A stretch of DNA of 64,000 nt from the human T2T-CHM13v2.0 reference genome, Homo sapiens: the NCBI RefSeq assembly GCF_009914755.1, contig NC_060932.1, one strand, 5' to 3'. Positions 1-13,435 of this stretch are shown piece after piece. The notes beneath the pieces are model-generated. The model had not been told where the DNA came from. It saw only the letters and a list, made by a program, of their open reading frames with translations, and ran no database searches. How positions within the stretch are numbered: position 1 is the stretch's first letter; each line of letters starts with the position of its first letter. The translations under genes and the position numbers were made by a program.

Positions 1-285
1 CACATTGTTTAAGATTTGGCCATTGAGGGCCCTTTGCTCTGGCTCCTGGGTCCATTTGAGAGGATCATCCCCTAAATTGGCTTAGTATTTTTTTAATCTC
101 TGTAACAGCAACTTGTTCTCTGCTTATCTTGTTCTTGCTCTGCCCTAGCCCTCAAATGAGCCATTTTCCCCAAAGGTGCCCTGGTTTCTTTTAGTGTGGA
201 ATGTTGTTTAGAAGCCAAGATCTGGGTGCTGGTAGTCATTGCTTTCAGGCTCTTTCATGGACAGCTGGGAAGTAGATACCTATCT
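1..285 (-). mobile_element. Old L1 3' region fragment (L1MC4/5-like)
   Basis: gccctggtttcttttagtgtggaatg...agaagccaagatctgggtgct resembles recalled L1MC 3' consensus. Confidence 0.6.
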
Positions 286-325
286 GTAGCTGTACCTTCA
301 TTGTCTTTATGCGAAACTCTACGCC

Positions 326-523
326 TAGGGACAGCAAACTTTTTCTGTAAAGGCTAAAGAGTAAATAGTTTGTGGGCTGTGCATTCTACTCAACCTCTGC
401 TGTTGTAGCAGAAAAGCAGCCACAGACACTATGTAAATGAATGAGAATAGTTGTGTTCTGATAAAACTTTATTTATAGAAACAGGCAGTGTGCCATGGGC
501 TGTGGTCTGCTTACCCTTCCCTG
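326..523 (+). mobile_element. MER58A-like hAT-Charlie non-autonomous DNA transposon
   Basis: gcaaactttttctgtaaaggc...gcagccacagacactatgtaaatgaatgag...ataaaactttattta. Confidence 0.8.
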
Positions 524-978
524 CTCTCAGCAGAGAAACTAGGAGCCCAGGCTTTATTACCAAACTTGGTAAAATTCATTTGTACCCATGCCTTCCAAAA
601 TAGGGGCACAATAAAAGTTATTTGCATGAATGAATTAATGATAATTGTGGGCTCTTTCTATTGCAGACCTCTCATGGCTCTTTTGGACATCAGTCTCTTA
701 TGACTTGTCAATTTGTTCAGGTCCTTGTTTAAAGATGAGAGGCTTTTAGAAACATAATGTGCACAATATGCAAAATAATACTGAGAAAAATGATTTTATA
801 AACTCGTGAGGGTATTTTTCTTGTCATGATGAAATAGTTACCTTTCCCTAATGAAAGCATATCTCAAGGCATAGCCATACTGCAGGCAGAGCACATGGCC
901 CCTGCTTTGGTCTGGTGTTGCTGCATTCTGCATAGGGTCAGCTGAGAGGCACGACTCCAGCACCAATCAATTGGGTGA

Positions 979-1360
<382 letters not shown>

Positions 1361-1682
1361 GTTTTTTTTTTGTTTTGTTTTTTTTTTTTTTTTTTTTTTT
1401 TTTGAGACGAGTCTCGCTTCTTCACCCAGGCTGGAGTGCAATGGCGCGGTCTTGGCTCACTGAAACGTCTGCCTCCCAGGTTCAAGCAATTCTCCCGCCT
1501 CAGCCTCCCCAGTAGCTGGGATTACAGGCATGTGCCACTATTCCCAGCTAATTTTTGTATTTTTAGTAGAGACAGGGTTACACCCTGTTGGCCAGGCTGG
1601 TCTCAAACTCCTGACCTCGTGATCCACCCGCCTTGGCCTCCCAAAGTGCTGGGATTACAGGCGTGAGCCACCGCGCCCGGCC
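1361..1682 (-). mobile_element. Full-length AluS with long tail
   Basis: Poly-T followed by complete Alu ending cgcgcccggcc. Candidate TSD aggaccgtct (1139) / aggaccacct (1683). Confidence 0.92.
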
Positions 1683-2361
1683 AGGACCACCTATTGTTAA
1701 TGCACAGAGACTGCCATCAAGGTGATGTCTGACACTGGAAAGAAACCAAGCGCTAGAGTACATCGCAGCCGATGCCAGCAGCTTGAGCATAAAGATGGAG
1801 GTTCATTCTGTTTAATGTGTCTCTGATGACTCTAAAATAAATTAGGCTTTAATTACTGCTTAAATTTTTATTTAATTTCAAAAATTCAAAAGTCGATTTT
1901 AAACCTGTTGGTGCGTAGCTTCTTTGGTGTTCAGCAGGCTATTCGTCTTCCTCTCTGTGAGAAGCAGCATGAGGTTCTGCTTGCTCCTTTCTCTAGAATC
2001 CAAAGGAGTGGTTTAACGTTCTGGGTCACAAAACAATCCTTGGATCTGTGGAGCATCCTGGCGTGCTGATAAAGGAAACCGAGCAGGCTTCTTTCCTCCC
2101 GTGGCTTTTATCTTCTGGGTCTTGAAGTGCCTTATAAGATTTTGATTTAACAAGTTTTACTGGTTTTTTTTTGTTTTAACGTGAGAAGTACTAAAGTGTC
2201 TCTTTCTCTCTTAGGCTCATTAGGAATGTCTCCTTTTTGACATGCTGCCCATCGTTTGGTGTACCACCCATTCAGAACCAACAGCGATAATCCCCTGCCC
2301 TGTGTTACACGGTTTCTAATAGCTTCAGAGAATAAGGAGACAAAAAAAGCCATGCCATTAA

Positions 2362-2754
<393 letters not shown>

Positions 2755-2794
2755 TAAATGGGCGAAGGATGTGTTGCTACCTGTGGAAATAGTA

Positions 2795-2890
2795 AGCTTG
2801 AATAGCTTCAGTTTCTTCATCTGTAAAATGGTCATGAGAGAATCTGTGTAGCATGTCTGGTGTATCTGTAAGTACTCAAAAGTTAATTAG
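2795..2890 (+). mobile_element. MIR fragment
   Basis: Core motif cttcagtttcttcatctgtaaaatgg. Confidence 0.7.
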
Positions 2891-3269
2891 GTGAGTAGGA
2901 CAAGTTTTCTTGTTTTCCTCCTTCATGGAGCCCAGCATGGAATACTAGGCCCAGAATTGATACTCGTTGTATACTCCTTGAAATGTTAACTTAGAAGAAT
3001 GTGCGTGAATTCTTGTCTCACCTGTCTTAGGTAGGGCACCATGTTACTTCCAATAAAAGGTCCATGGCAGAAAGTAGTCTTTTAGGTTTGGAGAGTGAAC
3101 ATTAAGGCAAAAGAGTAGCATAATCTATTCAGGCTTCAGACTTTTAGACCCTTTCAGGAAATCACTATTTATAGACTTCTGGGGGAAACACCCCTAAGAC
3201 TGGTTGGGTGTCTGTTTCTCCACAGTCTTTCCTACTGGATTGGAGAAGTTGCTGTTATTTCTCCCCTTG

Positions 3270-4790
3270 TTCAGTAAGGATCACATGCTTAGGCTGGGCT
3301 AAGTGCTGGGATGCAGAGCAAGCTAATACTTTATCCCTGCTTAAAGAGTGTTCAGCTCAGTGGGGAAGTGGCCAAATTAAAAGACATTTATATTGTGGGG
3401 TGGAAGGGCTGTAATAAAGACAAGTGCACACGGCACTGTGGTGCTGCATGGAGCTTTGTTATTCCGATCTGGTGAGGGAGTGGGCACTTGTGTGTGACTC
3501 CTCACATAGTGGTAGAAACGTCCTGGGCTCCAGAGTGTGATGGAACTAATGCAAGTTCACTTCTCAGAGTCTCTCTGCTTAGTATTAAACCATGGCATCT
3601 CTGAGCTCGTAGGGCTCCCTGTCTGGCTTACAGTGTGCAGTGAATGCATCCCTGTTCTCTTCGCTCGCTCTCTGTGTGCCAGCTACTAGTGTAGTACCAT
3701 CCTCTGTGCATGCAACATTGCATTTATCACACTGCGATCGTGATGTTTGGGTGGGAGTTCTTTCTCCAATGAGAATCCAGCTGCCTTACAAGCAGGGAAT
3801 CTGACTCATTACCTTTGATTCCTTCTCCAGTGCTCAGCGTGGTGCCTGGGAGATAGTGGGCACTCAGTGTGTGTAGAATGAATAGCCAGTTGGTCTCAGC
3901 TTCCTCATTGTGGATGACAGCAATGAATTCATTCTTTCAGAATGCAAGTGAAAGAAGATTGAAAAAGTGTTTTCTCTTTATTAGAACTTCCGGATACTGA
4001 TTTTGAGGAGAGATCTGCCATTTTTCAGATAGGTGTACCAAGAGTGTTCACTCTATGGCAGTGTGGGCACTAGCCTTGGCTCTGGTACTCAGACTCAGTT
4101 GGAGGTACCCCTCTGTCACGGAAGAGTTACTGGGCCCACGTACATACCTTCACTGCTCTAAACTCCAGGTTTTCACTTTGTAAAATAGGCACGACACTAC
4201 CTCCCAGACACCAGACACACGATGAGGATTCAGTGACCTGCATCAAGATGGTGCCTACTAGACTCCAGGCCCTAGAGAGCTGGGGCATTTATCCTTGCTG
4301 GGTCTCCAGTGCCCAGAGCTGTGTCTGAAATGCAAAAGACAAACTGTGTTTGTTGAATGAATGACGTATGTGAAAGCTCTTCCTAGCAGTCTTATTTGGA
4401 GAATAAAGCTAATGCAGGAATGTGTGGAGAAATGGGACAAGAGGATTAGACAGGGACTAGGATGAAGGGCCTCATGCATGGCTAAGGAGTGCAAATGTGT
4501 TTTAAGGTTCTGGATCACAGCTGAAGGATGTCATGCAGGAGAATGGCGTGCTCAGCTCTGTTCTAGATGGATCGCTTGTGGGTACTGAACAGGGAGGTTG
4601 AAACGTTTTGTATTATGTGAGTTTAGAATTACATGTGGTCTTTCTAGACACCAGCCTTACTAAAATGCATTGCCCTGACTTTGAAGTTGTGGCTGAGGAT
4701 GAGATCACTCAGGGAGTGTGTGGAATCAAAAGGGAAAGGACAGGGGAGGGATCCTTGTGGCTCTATCACCATTGAAAGGTTGGTCAAAGG
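3270..4790. mobile_element. Cluster of degraded L2 and MIR fragments on both strands
   Basis: L2 3' ends (ccagtgctcagcgtggtgcctgg...gaatgaat near 3830-3883; tttgttgaatgaatga near 4350) and a MIR-like segment near 4070-4230. Confidence 0.55.
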
Positions 4791-6613
4791 AAAAGAATCC
4801 CTCAGTTCTTCCTTTCCTTGCTTACTTAGCATGACTAAATAAAAAGTTTACTGAATTCTGTAAATTACACCTAAAACTGTTTATTTGAAAAGTTTTTTTT
4901 TTTTTTTGGTGATGCATTTTTTAAGTAGGAATCTTAAAACTCATTACTTCCAGTGATGCTTACCTGCATGCTTCTTGAGCCATAAGCTGATGAGAATTTG
5001 GAGGAGAGACCTTTGGTACAGAGAGCTCAGCAAGTGTGGTGGAGTAGCTGGGGTGTCACAGGCTCCTCCGTCCGGAAAGCTTCCTGGCTCCTCAAAGCTT
5101 CTCTTCATTGGTGACCACGTGGCTTCCAAATTGACTTGGACTTGGTTCACACTTTCCATTTAGACGACGCGCTTTGTGGCTTCCCATCCACACCAGCACA
5201 TGCATGCTGAAACTGCTGCTTTCGTTCTGAATGTTTTTGGTTAGTGTTGCTACTTCTGGTAGTGGTTGGACTTAGATCTTCATGTCCTGAATATGAATCC
5301 TGTTGCTTGATGAGGGTCTAGGTCATGCCTCGGGGGTACTCTGAGGATATGTGTGGAGTGCAGAGACAACATTCTAGACAGATATACACTTTTTATTATT
5401 AACAAACTTTGGCCACAACCTTTGATGTATAAATTGCCGGATTTCCCCAGTCCTTTCATTGTGGCTTTGGACAGGAGCAGGCTCACTTGTCTGCTTCAGG
5501 CTGCCTTTCTCTTGGGTTGCACCTCAGTTCTTACTTATTTATTTATTTTGAGTGGAGCATAGGGGCCTCTTCCAAAATGGGTAGAGCTCAGGGGCTTTCT
5601 TATTGAAATGGTCACATGATAAAAACGGGCTGAAAAAGGAGAGTTCCAGGAGAAAAGCCCAGAAAAGGGCCCCTCCTCAGAAGACAGCCTTTAAGCCTCT
5701 TGCTTACTGAAGGAAGCCCCACCTTCTAGCACTGAGGCCGGGTCTGATCTTCCAGAGGAGTTGGAGGAGTCCATGAGAATGGCCACCATTCTTGCTTGCT
5801 GCTGCTGATGTTGCAGTTTTGAGAGAACAGCGGGATCCTTGTTGTCCTCTAGAGACTTGAGTCTGTCACTGACATTTTTTCAGTTCCTTTGCTCATAGAC
5901 CATACGAGGAATTAGTGATGTGTCAGTTGAGAGTTCACAATCTCATTGTTCATTTAATTCACTTTAAAGTTGTCAATTTCTGTGTGAGTAACCTGTAAAA
6001 GACACCTTTCCAGAAGAGTTTTGCCGTCTGTTTGAAAAAAAAATCTTTATAAACTTTCCTAAGTATCTGGATTTGGATTCCTTATTTGGAGAGAAAATGT
6101 TGGCCCCAGCTCACATCACATTTACATAAATAAAGCAGTATTTCTTCTGATTAAACCAAATCCCAATATTCACAAGAGATTTCATACCACCAACTTTGCC
6201 TTGAAGCCTGACACATGCAGTATGCATGAATCGAACCAGATGCCCAGTGGAAGTATGCAGTATGTCTTGTTTAGTTTCTAAGAATTCAGACTTCATTTGA
6301 GTTGGCTGATTCTCCTAAACTCAGGTACTTCTGTGCTATGCGTTATCTCTTATTTAACACCATTGGTCCAAAATGTTAATGAGCCAGTTTATATTGTTTA
6401 ATAGTCTCTAAATTCTTTGTGGCAAGTCCTTGAAATCAAGCACTGTTAAGAAGATCACTCAATTTAGTTTAATAAGAAGTTGTATTCTTAAGAGATTTTA
6501 TTTTAGAATGAGGTGTATCTGTGTAGGAAAAAAATGCTTTTTCTTTTTTCAAGTTTCAGATTCAGATGTTCTCTGAGACCTATTTGAAATAAGATGGAAA
6601 AACAAAGTGAGAG

Positions 6614-7108
6614 TGTATTGGTTTTCTATGGCTGCCATAACAAATTGCTACAAATTTGGTGGCTTTATGACCATGGGGTCCTGGAGCTCAGAAGTCCGCG
6701 TGGCTCCCACTGGGCTCATGTTACGGTGTGGGCGCTGCTGTGCTCCTTTCTGGAGGCTTCAGGGGAGAGTCTGTGCCTGAGCTTTCCAGCTCTGGAGGCT
6801 GCTTACATTCCTCGGCTTGTGGCCCCTTCCTCTGACTTCATAGCCAGCAACTCCAGGCTGAATGTTTTCGCTCTGCCATTTCTCCGCTCCTCTCTCTTCC
6901 ACCTTTCTTTTCCATTTGTAAGGTCCTTTGTGCTGACATTGGGCTTACCTGGATAATCCTGGATAGTCTCCCTATCTTAAGGCTAGGTGGTTACTAACTT
7001 AGTTCCATCTGCAGCCCTAATTCCCCTTTGACATGCGACTTAACATTTACAGGTTCTGGAGGTTAGTATGTGGATGTCTTTAGGGGAGCCATTATTCTGC
7101 CTACCACA
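6614..7108 (-). mobile_element. MLT1 (C/D-like) MaLR solo LTR
   Basis: tgtattggttttctatggctgccataacaaa ... ccattattctgcctaccaca, TG...CA termini. Confidence 0.85.
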
Positions 7109-7166
7109 GAGGTATGACTGTGTGTGGCAAAAAACTGTTTATCAAGTACCTAGTGTATCTTCAGCC

Positions 7167-7469
7167 TGTTTTGTTTTGGTTTTTGAGACGGAGTTTCGCT
7201 CTTTTGCCCAGGCTGGAATGAAGTGGTGTAGATCTCGGCTCACGGCAACTTCCACCCCCTGGGTTCAAGCAATTCTCCTGCCTCAGCCTCCTGAGTAACT
7301 GAGATTACAAGAGCCCACCACCATGCCCAGCTAATTTTTGTATTTTTAGTAGAGACGAGGTTTCACTGTGTTGGCCAGGCTGATCTTGAACTCCTGACCT
7401 CAGATGATCCACCCTCCTCAGGCTCCCAAAGTGTAAGGAGCATAGGTATGGGGGCCACCACATCTGGCC
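7167..7469 (-). mobile_element. AluS (Sq/Sp/Sx-like)
   Basis: Full Alu. TSD ttcagcctgtttt / ttcagtctggtttt. Confidence 0.9.
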
Positions 7470-7544
7470 TTCAGTCTGGTTTTAAATCTCAAATTATACA
7501 TCAGCGGTCCTAGAGACATTAAGTGACTTGTCATTGTCACATAA

Positions 7545-7795
7545 TTATTAATAATAATGATCTGTGATTTGTTGAGTTCTTGCTAAGTGTCAGATACCAT
7601 ACCAGGACATTTATAGACCATATTTTTCCCAACCTCAATATATCCCTCTTAGATGCATGACATAAATTCCATTTTACAAGTGAGAACACAGGCTCTTCTG
7701 GAAGTTGTGACTGATGCAGTGTCACATGGCTAGCTGATAACCAAATGCTTTGGACTTCATCAGTCTGATTCCCAAACCCATGCTGTTTCTACTAA
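7545..7795 (-). mobile_element. MIR
   Basis: ccattttacaagtgagaacacaggctc core. Confidence 0.65.
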
Positions 7796-8002
7796 ATTAC
7801 AGTAGATTAAAATGGAGGGGCCTTATGGAGTTACTTTGTCTTGCCTCCCACATCACAGTGCAGTCTTATCTGGACAATCTGTGTAGTATTCAGAGTGCCT
7901 GTCAGGGTATTTGTCAGGTTGTTTGGTATCATATGTCAAAATGACCAGGTAGTTAATTAATTGACTTGACAAATTTTCTTTGTTTTCCTTCCATCTTCCC
8001 AC

Positions 8003-8297
<295 letters not shown>

Positions 8298-8429
8298 CCC
8301 ATTTTTATTAATAAGAATATATTGTGCTCCTCTTTAACTGCTGCATTTGTTTTTCCCCCAAACACTGTCTTCTCATCTTAACACACTGCAGTTTGGGAAA
8401 TGGAAATCATTATCCTTGCACTTGCTTTT

Positions 8430-9185
8430 CCCTCTGCCTTTTCGTGCTAGGTGTGTTGTATTATCTAAAGCACCTTTTAGGTAATAACACTGTTACCATT
8501 GAGTAGATGGGGAAACCGAGCATCAGAAAGGCTAACTAACTCTCAAGGTTATGTAGTATGTAGTAGAGCAAGAACTTCAATTTGTGTCCATTTGGTTTCA
8601 AGGCTCTGTAGCTCATGGCCTCAGAAACTTTTCACATTAGGTGGGTAAAAAATATATAAAAATATAGAGTAAGGATAAAAAAGGTAAATGACATTGAAAG
8701 ATGGGAATAGAGGAAATGTTGAAAGTATAGTGACTTATTTGCCAAGTGAATTTTACCAGCAATTGATATAGTAGAAGTTCAGAAGAGAAAGATTATTTTA
8801 GGCTGTGGTCATTGTTGATGGCTTATGAAAGAGAAGAGATTATTATTTAATTTCCATAAAATTTATTCTGAGATATTCATAATCAGAAATAAAATATGTA
8901 ATAATGACAATGATAACTACTATTTATTGCACATGCAATTCCAGGATCTGTTTTCCAGATCTTTTCATATATTATTTAATCTTTGCAATAATGTATATAG
9001 GTTACATATACAGATAGATAGATACAGCCATATATATTGATAGATAATAATTATCTTATAGATATTGTTTTGTAGATAATAAAACTAAGCCTGAGAAGTT
9101 AAATCTTAGTGTTTACTGATATGTAGCAGGGCACTATTAAAACTGAGCTCTGTTTTGACTTCAAAACCTGTGCTTTTTTTGCTGT
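8430..9185 (-). mobile_element. Two MIR fragments
   Basis: agatggggaaaccgagcatcaga (~8505) and tgtagataataaaactaagcctgagaagttaa (~9070). Confidence 0.55.
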
Positions 9186-9457
9186 GCTGTAAAAAGTGTA
9201 TCTTATTCACAGATTTTTGCTTCCGTTCTGCATATTCAACATGGTCACTTGAAATGATTTCATAAAATATTGGAAAAATGTAGAGAAACTAAAAGTTTCT
9301 GACATAATAAGTAAACAGTTGTAAAGAATACTCAGAGAACACAAATATACATATTTAAAAGTAAGGCTAAAATGTGCTTGACTTATATTGAACCTGATGA
9401 GCTCAGTGACATGAAACAAACTAGGACTTGATTCAGTGATTTGTTTCCATTGCTGTC

Positions 9458-10196
9458 TGCAGTAGGTTGAATTATGGCCCCTAAACATGTCCTTATCCAT
9501 TCCCCACAGTTTGTGAATGTTACCTTACATGGTAAAAGGTGCTTTGCAGAAATGATGAAAAATCTTGAGATGAAGAGAGTATCCTGGATCATTTGGGTGG
9601 ACCTGTTATCACAGTGGTCTTTATAAGAAGGATGTGCAGGAGTCAGTCAGATAGGAGTATCACAACCAAACCGGATTGGCGTGATATGGCCATAAGCCAT
9701 GGATGCTGCAGTTTTCAGAACAGGGATACCGTGTTCAGATGTGTCCTCAGTATCTGTCCATGGCTTGTAAGGAACCGGGTGCTCAGCAGGAGGTGAGTGG
9801 CTGGTGAGTGAGCATTACCACCTGAGCGCTGCCTCCTGTCAGATCAGCACCACCGGCATTAGAGTCTCATAGGAGTACAAACCCTGCTGTGAACTGCACA
9901 TGTGAGGGATCTAGGTTGCATGCTCCTTATAAGAATCCAATCCCCTTGCACTCCTGTCTATGGAAAAATTGTCTTCCATAAAACTGGTCCCTGACACCAA
10001 AAAGGTCAGGAACTGCTGTTCTAGAAGATGGGAAGGGCAAGGAAAAGGATCGGAGCCTCTAGAAGGAATGCTGCCTTACATACCCATTTTAGATTTCTGG
10101 CCTCCAGAACTGTAAGATAATAAATACATTTTTGTTACTGTGTTAAACCACTAAGTTTGTAATAATTTGTTACAGTGACAACAGGAAACTAACACA
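9458..10196 (+). mobile_element. MLT1 (C/D-like) solo LTR, interrupted by MER1B
   Basis: tgcagtaggttgaattatggcccc ... aatttgttacagtgacaacaggaaactaacaca. Confidence 0.85.
9721..10018 (+). mobile_element. MER1B hAT-Charlie element nested in MLT1
   Basis: caggg...cagcaggaggtgagtgg...aaaaaggtcaggaactgctg. 8-bp TSD tttcagaa / ttctagaa, matching the Charlie nTCTAGAn target. Confidence 0.85.
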
Positions 10197-10221
10197 ATGG
10201 CTTTAAATAATTATGAACTTT

Positions 10222-12270
10222 TTAATAATAATAGTTGGAGACTTCAATACCCCACTTTGAATGATGTATACAACAACTAGGTAGAAAATTAGTAAGGAAA
10301 TAGTAGATTTGAACAACATTGTAAGCCAACTAGACTCAACAGACATCTGTAGAATCTGCCCCCTGGTAACCACAGGAAATGCATTTTTCTCAAGTGCACA
10401 TGAGGTGTTCTCCAGGATAGACCACATGCCAGTTCATAGAACAAGCCTCAGTGAGTTTTAAAGGATTGAAATTATGCAAAAGATATTTTCCAACCACAGT
10501 AGAATGGGATTAAGAATCAATAACAGAAAGAAATTTGGGAAATTCAAAAATATGTGGAAATTAACAAACTCCAAAATAACCAGTGAGCCAAAAAAGAACT
10601 CATAAGTGAAATTAGAAAATATTTTGACATAGATGAAAATGAAGACACTACATGTCAAAACTTAAGAGATACAACAAAGCAGTACTTAGAGGAAAAGCCC
10701 TATATTAAAAATAAAGGTAAATCTCAAATAAGTTACCTAACCTTCCATCTTAAGACACTGGAGAGCAAATGTGAAGTAAGCAGAATGAAGGAAATAACAC
10801 AGGTTGGAATGGAAATTAATCAAATAAGAGAATAGAAAATTAATAGAGAAAAGTCAACAAACCGAAAGGTGGTTCTTTGAAAAGATCAACAAAATTAACA
10901 AAACTTTAGCTACATGGACTAAAAAGAAAAGAGAGAAGACTTATGTTCTGTAGATGTCTGTTAAGTGTAAAATTAGGAATGAAAACAGAGGACATTCCTT
11001 CTGACCTGATGGATACAGAAAGGATTATAGGGAATACTATGAACAACTATATGCTAATAAATTAGATACCTTAGATGAAATGGACAAATTTCTTGAAAGA
11101 CACAAATAACTGAAACTTGAAAATCTGAATATACTGGTTTATAAATTGTTAAACAACAACAAAAAACCTACTCGTTAAGAAAAGCTGAGATCCAGGTGGC
11201 GTCACTGGTGAATCCTAGCAAACATGTAAGGCAAAATTCTTAATTCTTCACAAACTCTTTCAAAAATCAGAAGAGGAGGGATTGCTTCTGTCTTAGTCCT
11301 TTGGCATGCTATAACAAAATTTCTTAGACCGAGTAATTCATAAGCAACAAAAATGTATTGCTCAGAGTTCTGGAGGGTGGAAAGTCCAAGATTAAGGTGC
11401 TGAGAAATTCCTTGTCTGGGGAGTGCCTGTTCCTCATGAATGGCACCTTCTATGTGTCCTCACATGGTAGAAGAGTGAAAGGGCAAACAGGCTTTCACAA
11501 GCCTCTGTTGGCATTAATCCCATTATTCATGAGGGCAGAGCCCTTCTGACTTAATCACCTCTGAAAGACCCTACCTCTTTATACCATCACCTTGCAAGTC
11601 AAGTTTCAACATATGAATATTGCGGGGACACAAACTTTTAGACCATAGAAGCTTCCCAACTCATTCTTTGAGGCCATTATAACCCTGGGTCCCAAGTCAG
11701 AAAAAGACATCACAAGAAAACTACACATCAGTATCTCTTATGAATTTAGATGAAATCATCTTCAACAAAATATGAGCAAACCAAATCTCAGAACATATAA
11801 AAATGGAGGATTATGCACCATGACCATGTGGGATTTATCCTAGGAATGCAAGGTTGGGTTAGTATTCACAAATCAAGTAATAGAATACCTCATATCAAAA
11901 GAATAAAGGACACAAACCTCATAATCATTTCAGTGGATAAAGAAAAAAGCTTTTAACAAATTCTGACCACTTTCATGATAAAAAACACCCAACAAATTAG
12001 GAATAGAAAGGAACTTCTAAAAGCTGATAAAGTACAATATATGAAAACCCACAGGTACCATTATATTTGTGAAAGGATCAGGAACAAAGCAAAGATGTTG
12101 TCTTTACCACTTCTATTCCACATTGTCTTGGAGAGTCTAGTCAGGGCAGTTGGGCAAGAAAATAAAAGGCATACAGATTGGAAAGGAAAAGGTACAACTA
12201 AGTATTTGTAGGTGGTAATCTTGTGTATAGAAAACAAGGAATCCACTAAAAAACTACTAAAACTAATTAA
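10222..12270 (+). mobile_element. Old L1M ORF2 fragment (endonuclease to RT region), disrupted
   Basis: atagttggagacttcaataccccact, ggttctttgaaaagatcaac, gaaatggacaaatt, ggatttatcctaggaatgcaaggttgg. Many stops and frameshifts. Confidence 0.88.
11289..11650 (-). mobile_element. MLT1A-like solo LTR inserted in the L1
   Basis: tgtcttagtc...gaccatagaa. Perfect 5-bp TSD gcttc at 11284 and 11651, and L1 sequence resumes after it. Confidence 0.88.
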
Positions 12271-12799
12271 TTTTAGGACATTTCTCCTTCCCCCTCCCCT
12301 TTGCATTTAAATTCAAAATGGAATATTTCTTCTGATAATAAATGTAGTATATACTTTACTGGATTATAAGTTTCCAAGATTCTTGTCTGTTTTGTAGAAC
12401 CCTGTGTAAGTACCACCTGTACAAATGTCTAGTACATAGAAGGCACTCTTTACATACTTGAATGAATGCTTATTATAGAAAAAAAGTGGAAGATGTAAAA
12501 AAGGTAGAAAGGAAAAAAAAGAGAAATGTGCTTTCCATAAAGCAATCAATTTGAGATAACTATTGGTTATATTTTAGACAATTTTCTTCATTCTCCATAT
12601 GAAATTTTATATTAAGTTTAATATTCTGTCGTAGTCATTTTCTTAAGTCGTCAGAAAGTTGTGAATACTGTTTTTCATAGCTGTGTAGTACTTCATGTTA
12701 CATATGTCATCATATTGTTAACTGATTCTTCACTAATGAGCATTTCCAATTTGGGAATTATTAATAATCCTGATTTGTCTGTCCTGTCTTTACACTCTG

Positions 12800-13079
12800 T
12801 CCATCTCTGTTCTTACCTTGATTGGCTTCCTAACCACCAGCATTATTCTTCTCCCTTTTCAGGTTTGCAGTTTAAAAGGTAGCAGTGCAACAAGCAAATC
12901 CAATGAAGTCATTCTTTTGTTTAAAAATTTTTCATTAGTTATCAGATTAGATCTTCAAGATTGTTTTAGGATGGTATTCACTGCCCTGCTTACCTGTCCA
13001 GTCTTATTTCTGCCACTCCTCTCTTTGACCCTGAGGTTACAATCATGCTGGATTTATTGTCTGATTCATGAAAGCCACG

Positions 13080-13110
<31 letters not shown>

Positions 13111-13435
13111 ATGTAAGCCTTCTGTGTACTTTTTTTTTTTTTTAATCACAGGTGCTTTTTTATCTTATGTGCATATCAACTCATATTCTTATGGACTCAG
13201 TTCAGGTGTTATCACCTACAGGAAACTGCATTGTCACCCACTTTAAATTATGGCTTGAGTACCCACTTCTGATCTCTTAGAGCACGCTGCATACCTCTGT
13301 CATAGTCTCTGTCACACTGGATTGGAATCTTCTTTATGTCTCCCCTGTAGAGGGTATGCTTTGTGAAGGCAGGGACTGTGTATGCACGGTGCTTGAAACG
13401 AAATAGGTCTTCCATAAACGTTTATTCAGTAAATT
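12800..13435 (+). mobile_element. L2 3' fragment, flanked by degraded L1ME
   Basis: gtgaaggcagggactgtg...ataggtcttccataaacgtttatt. Confidence 0.6.
13081..13107. repeat. (TA)n microsatellite
   Basis: Direct. Confidence 0.95.

Noticed and set aside
10203-12306. ORFs over the L1 region as a reverse transcriptase or endonuclease gene
   Set aside because: The L1 is heavily mutated and split by an LTR. The short ORFs are antisense or out of frame.
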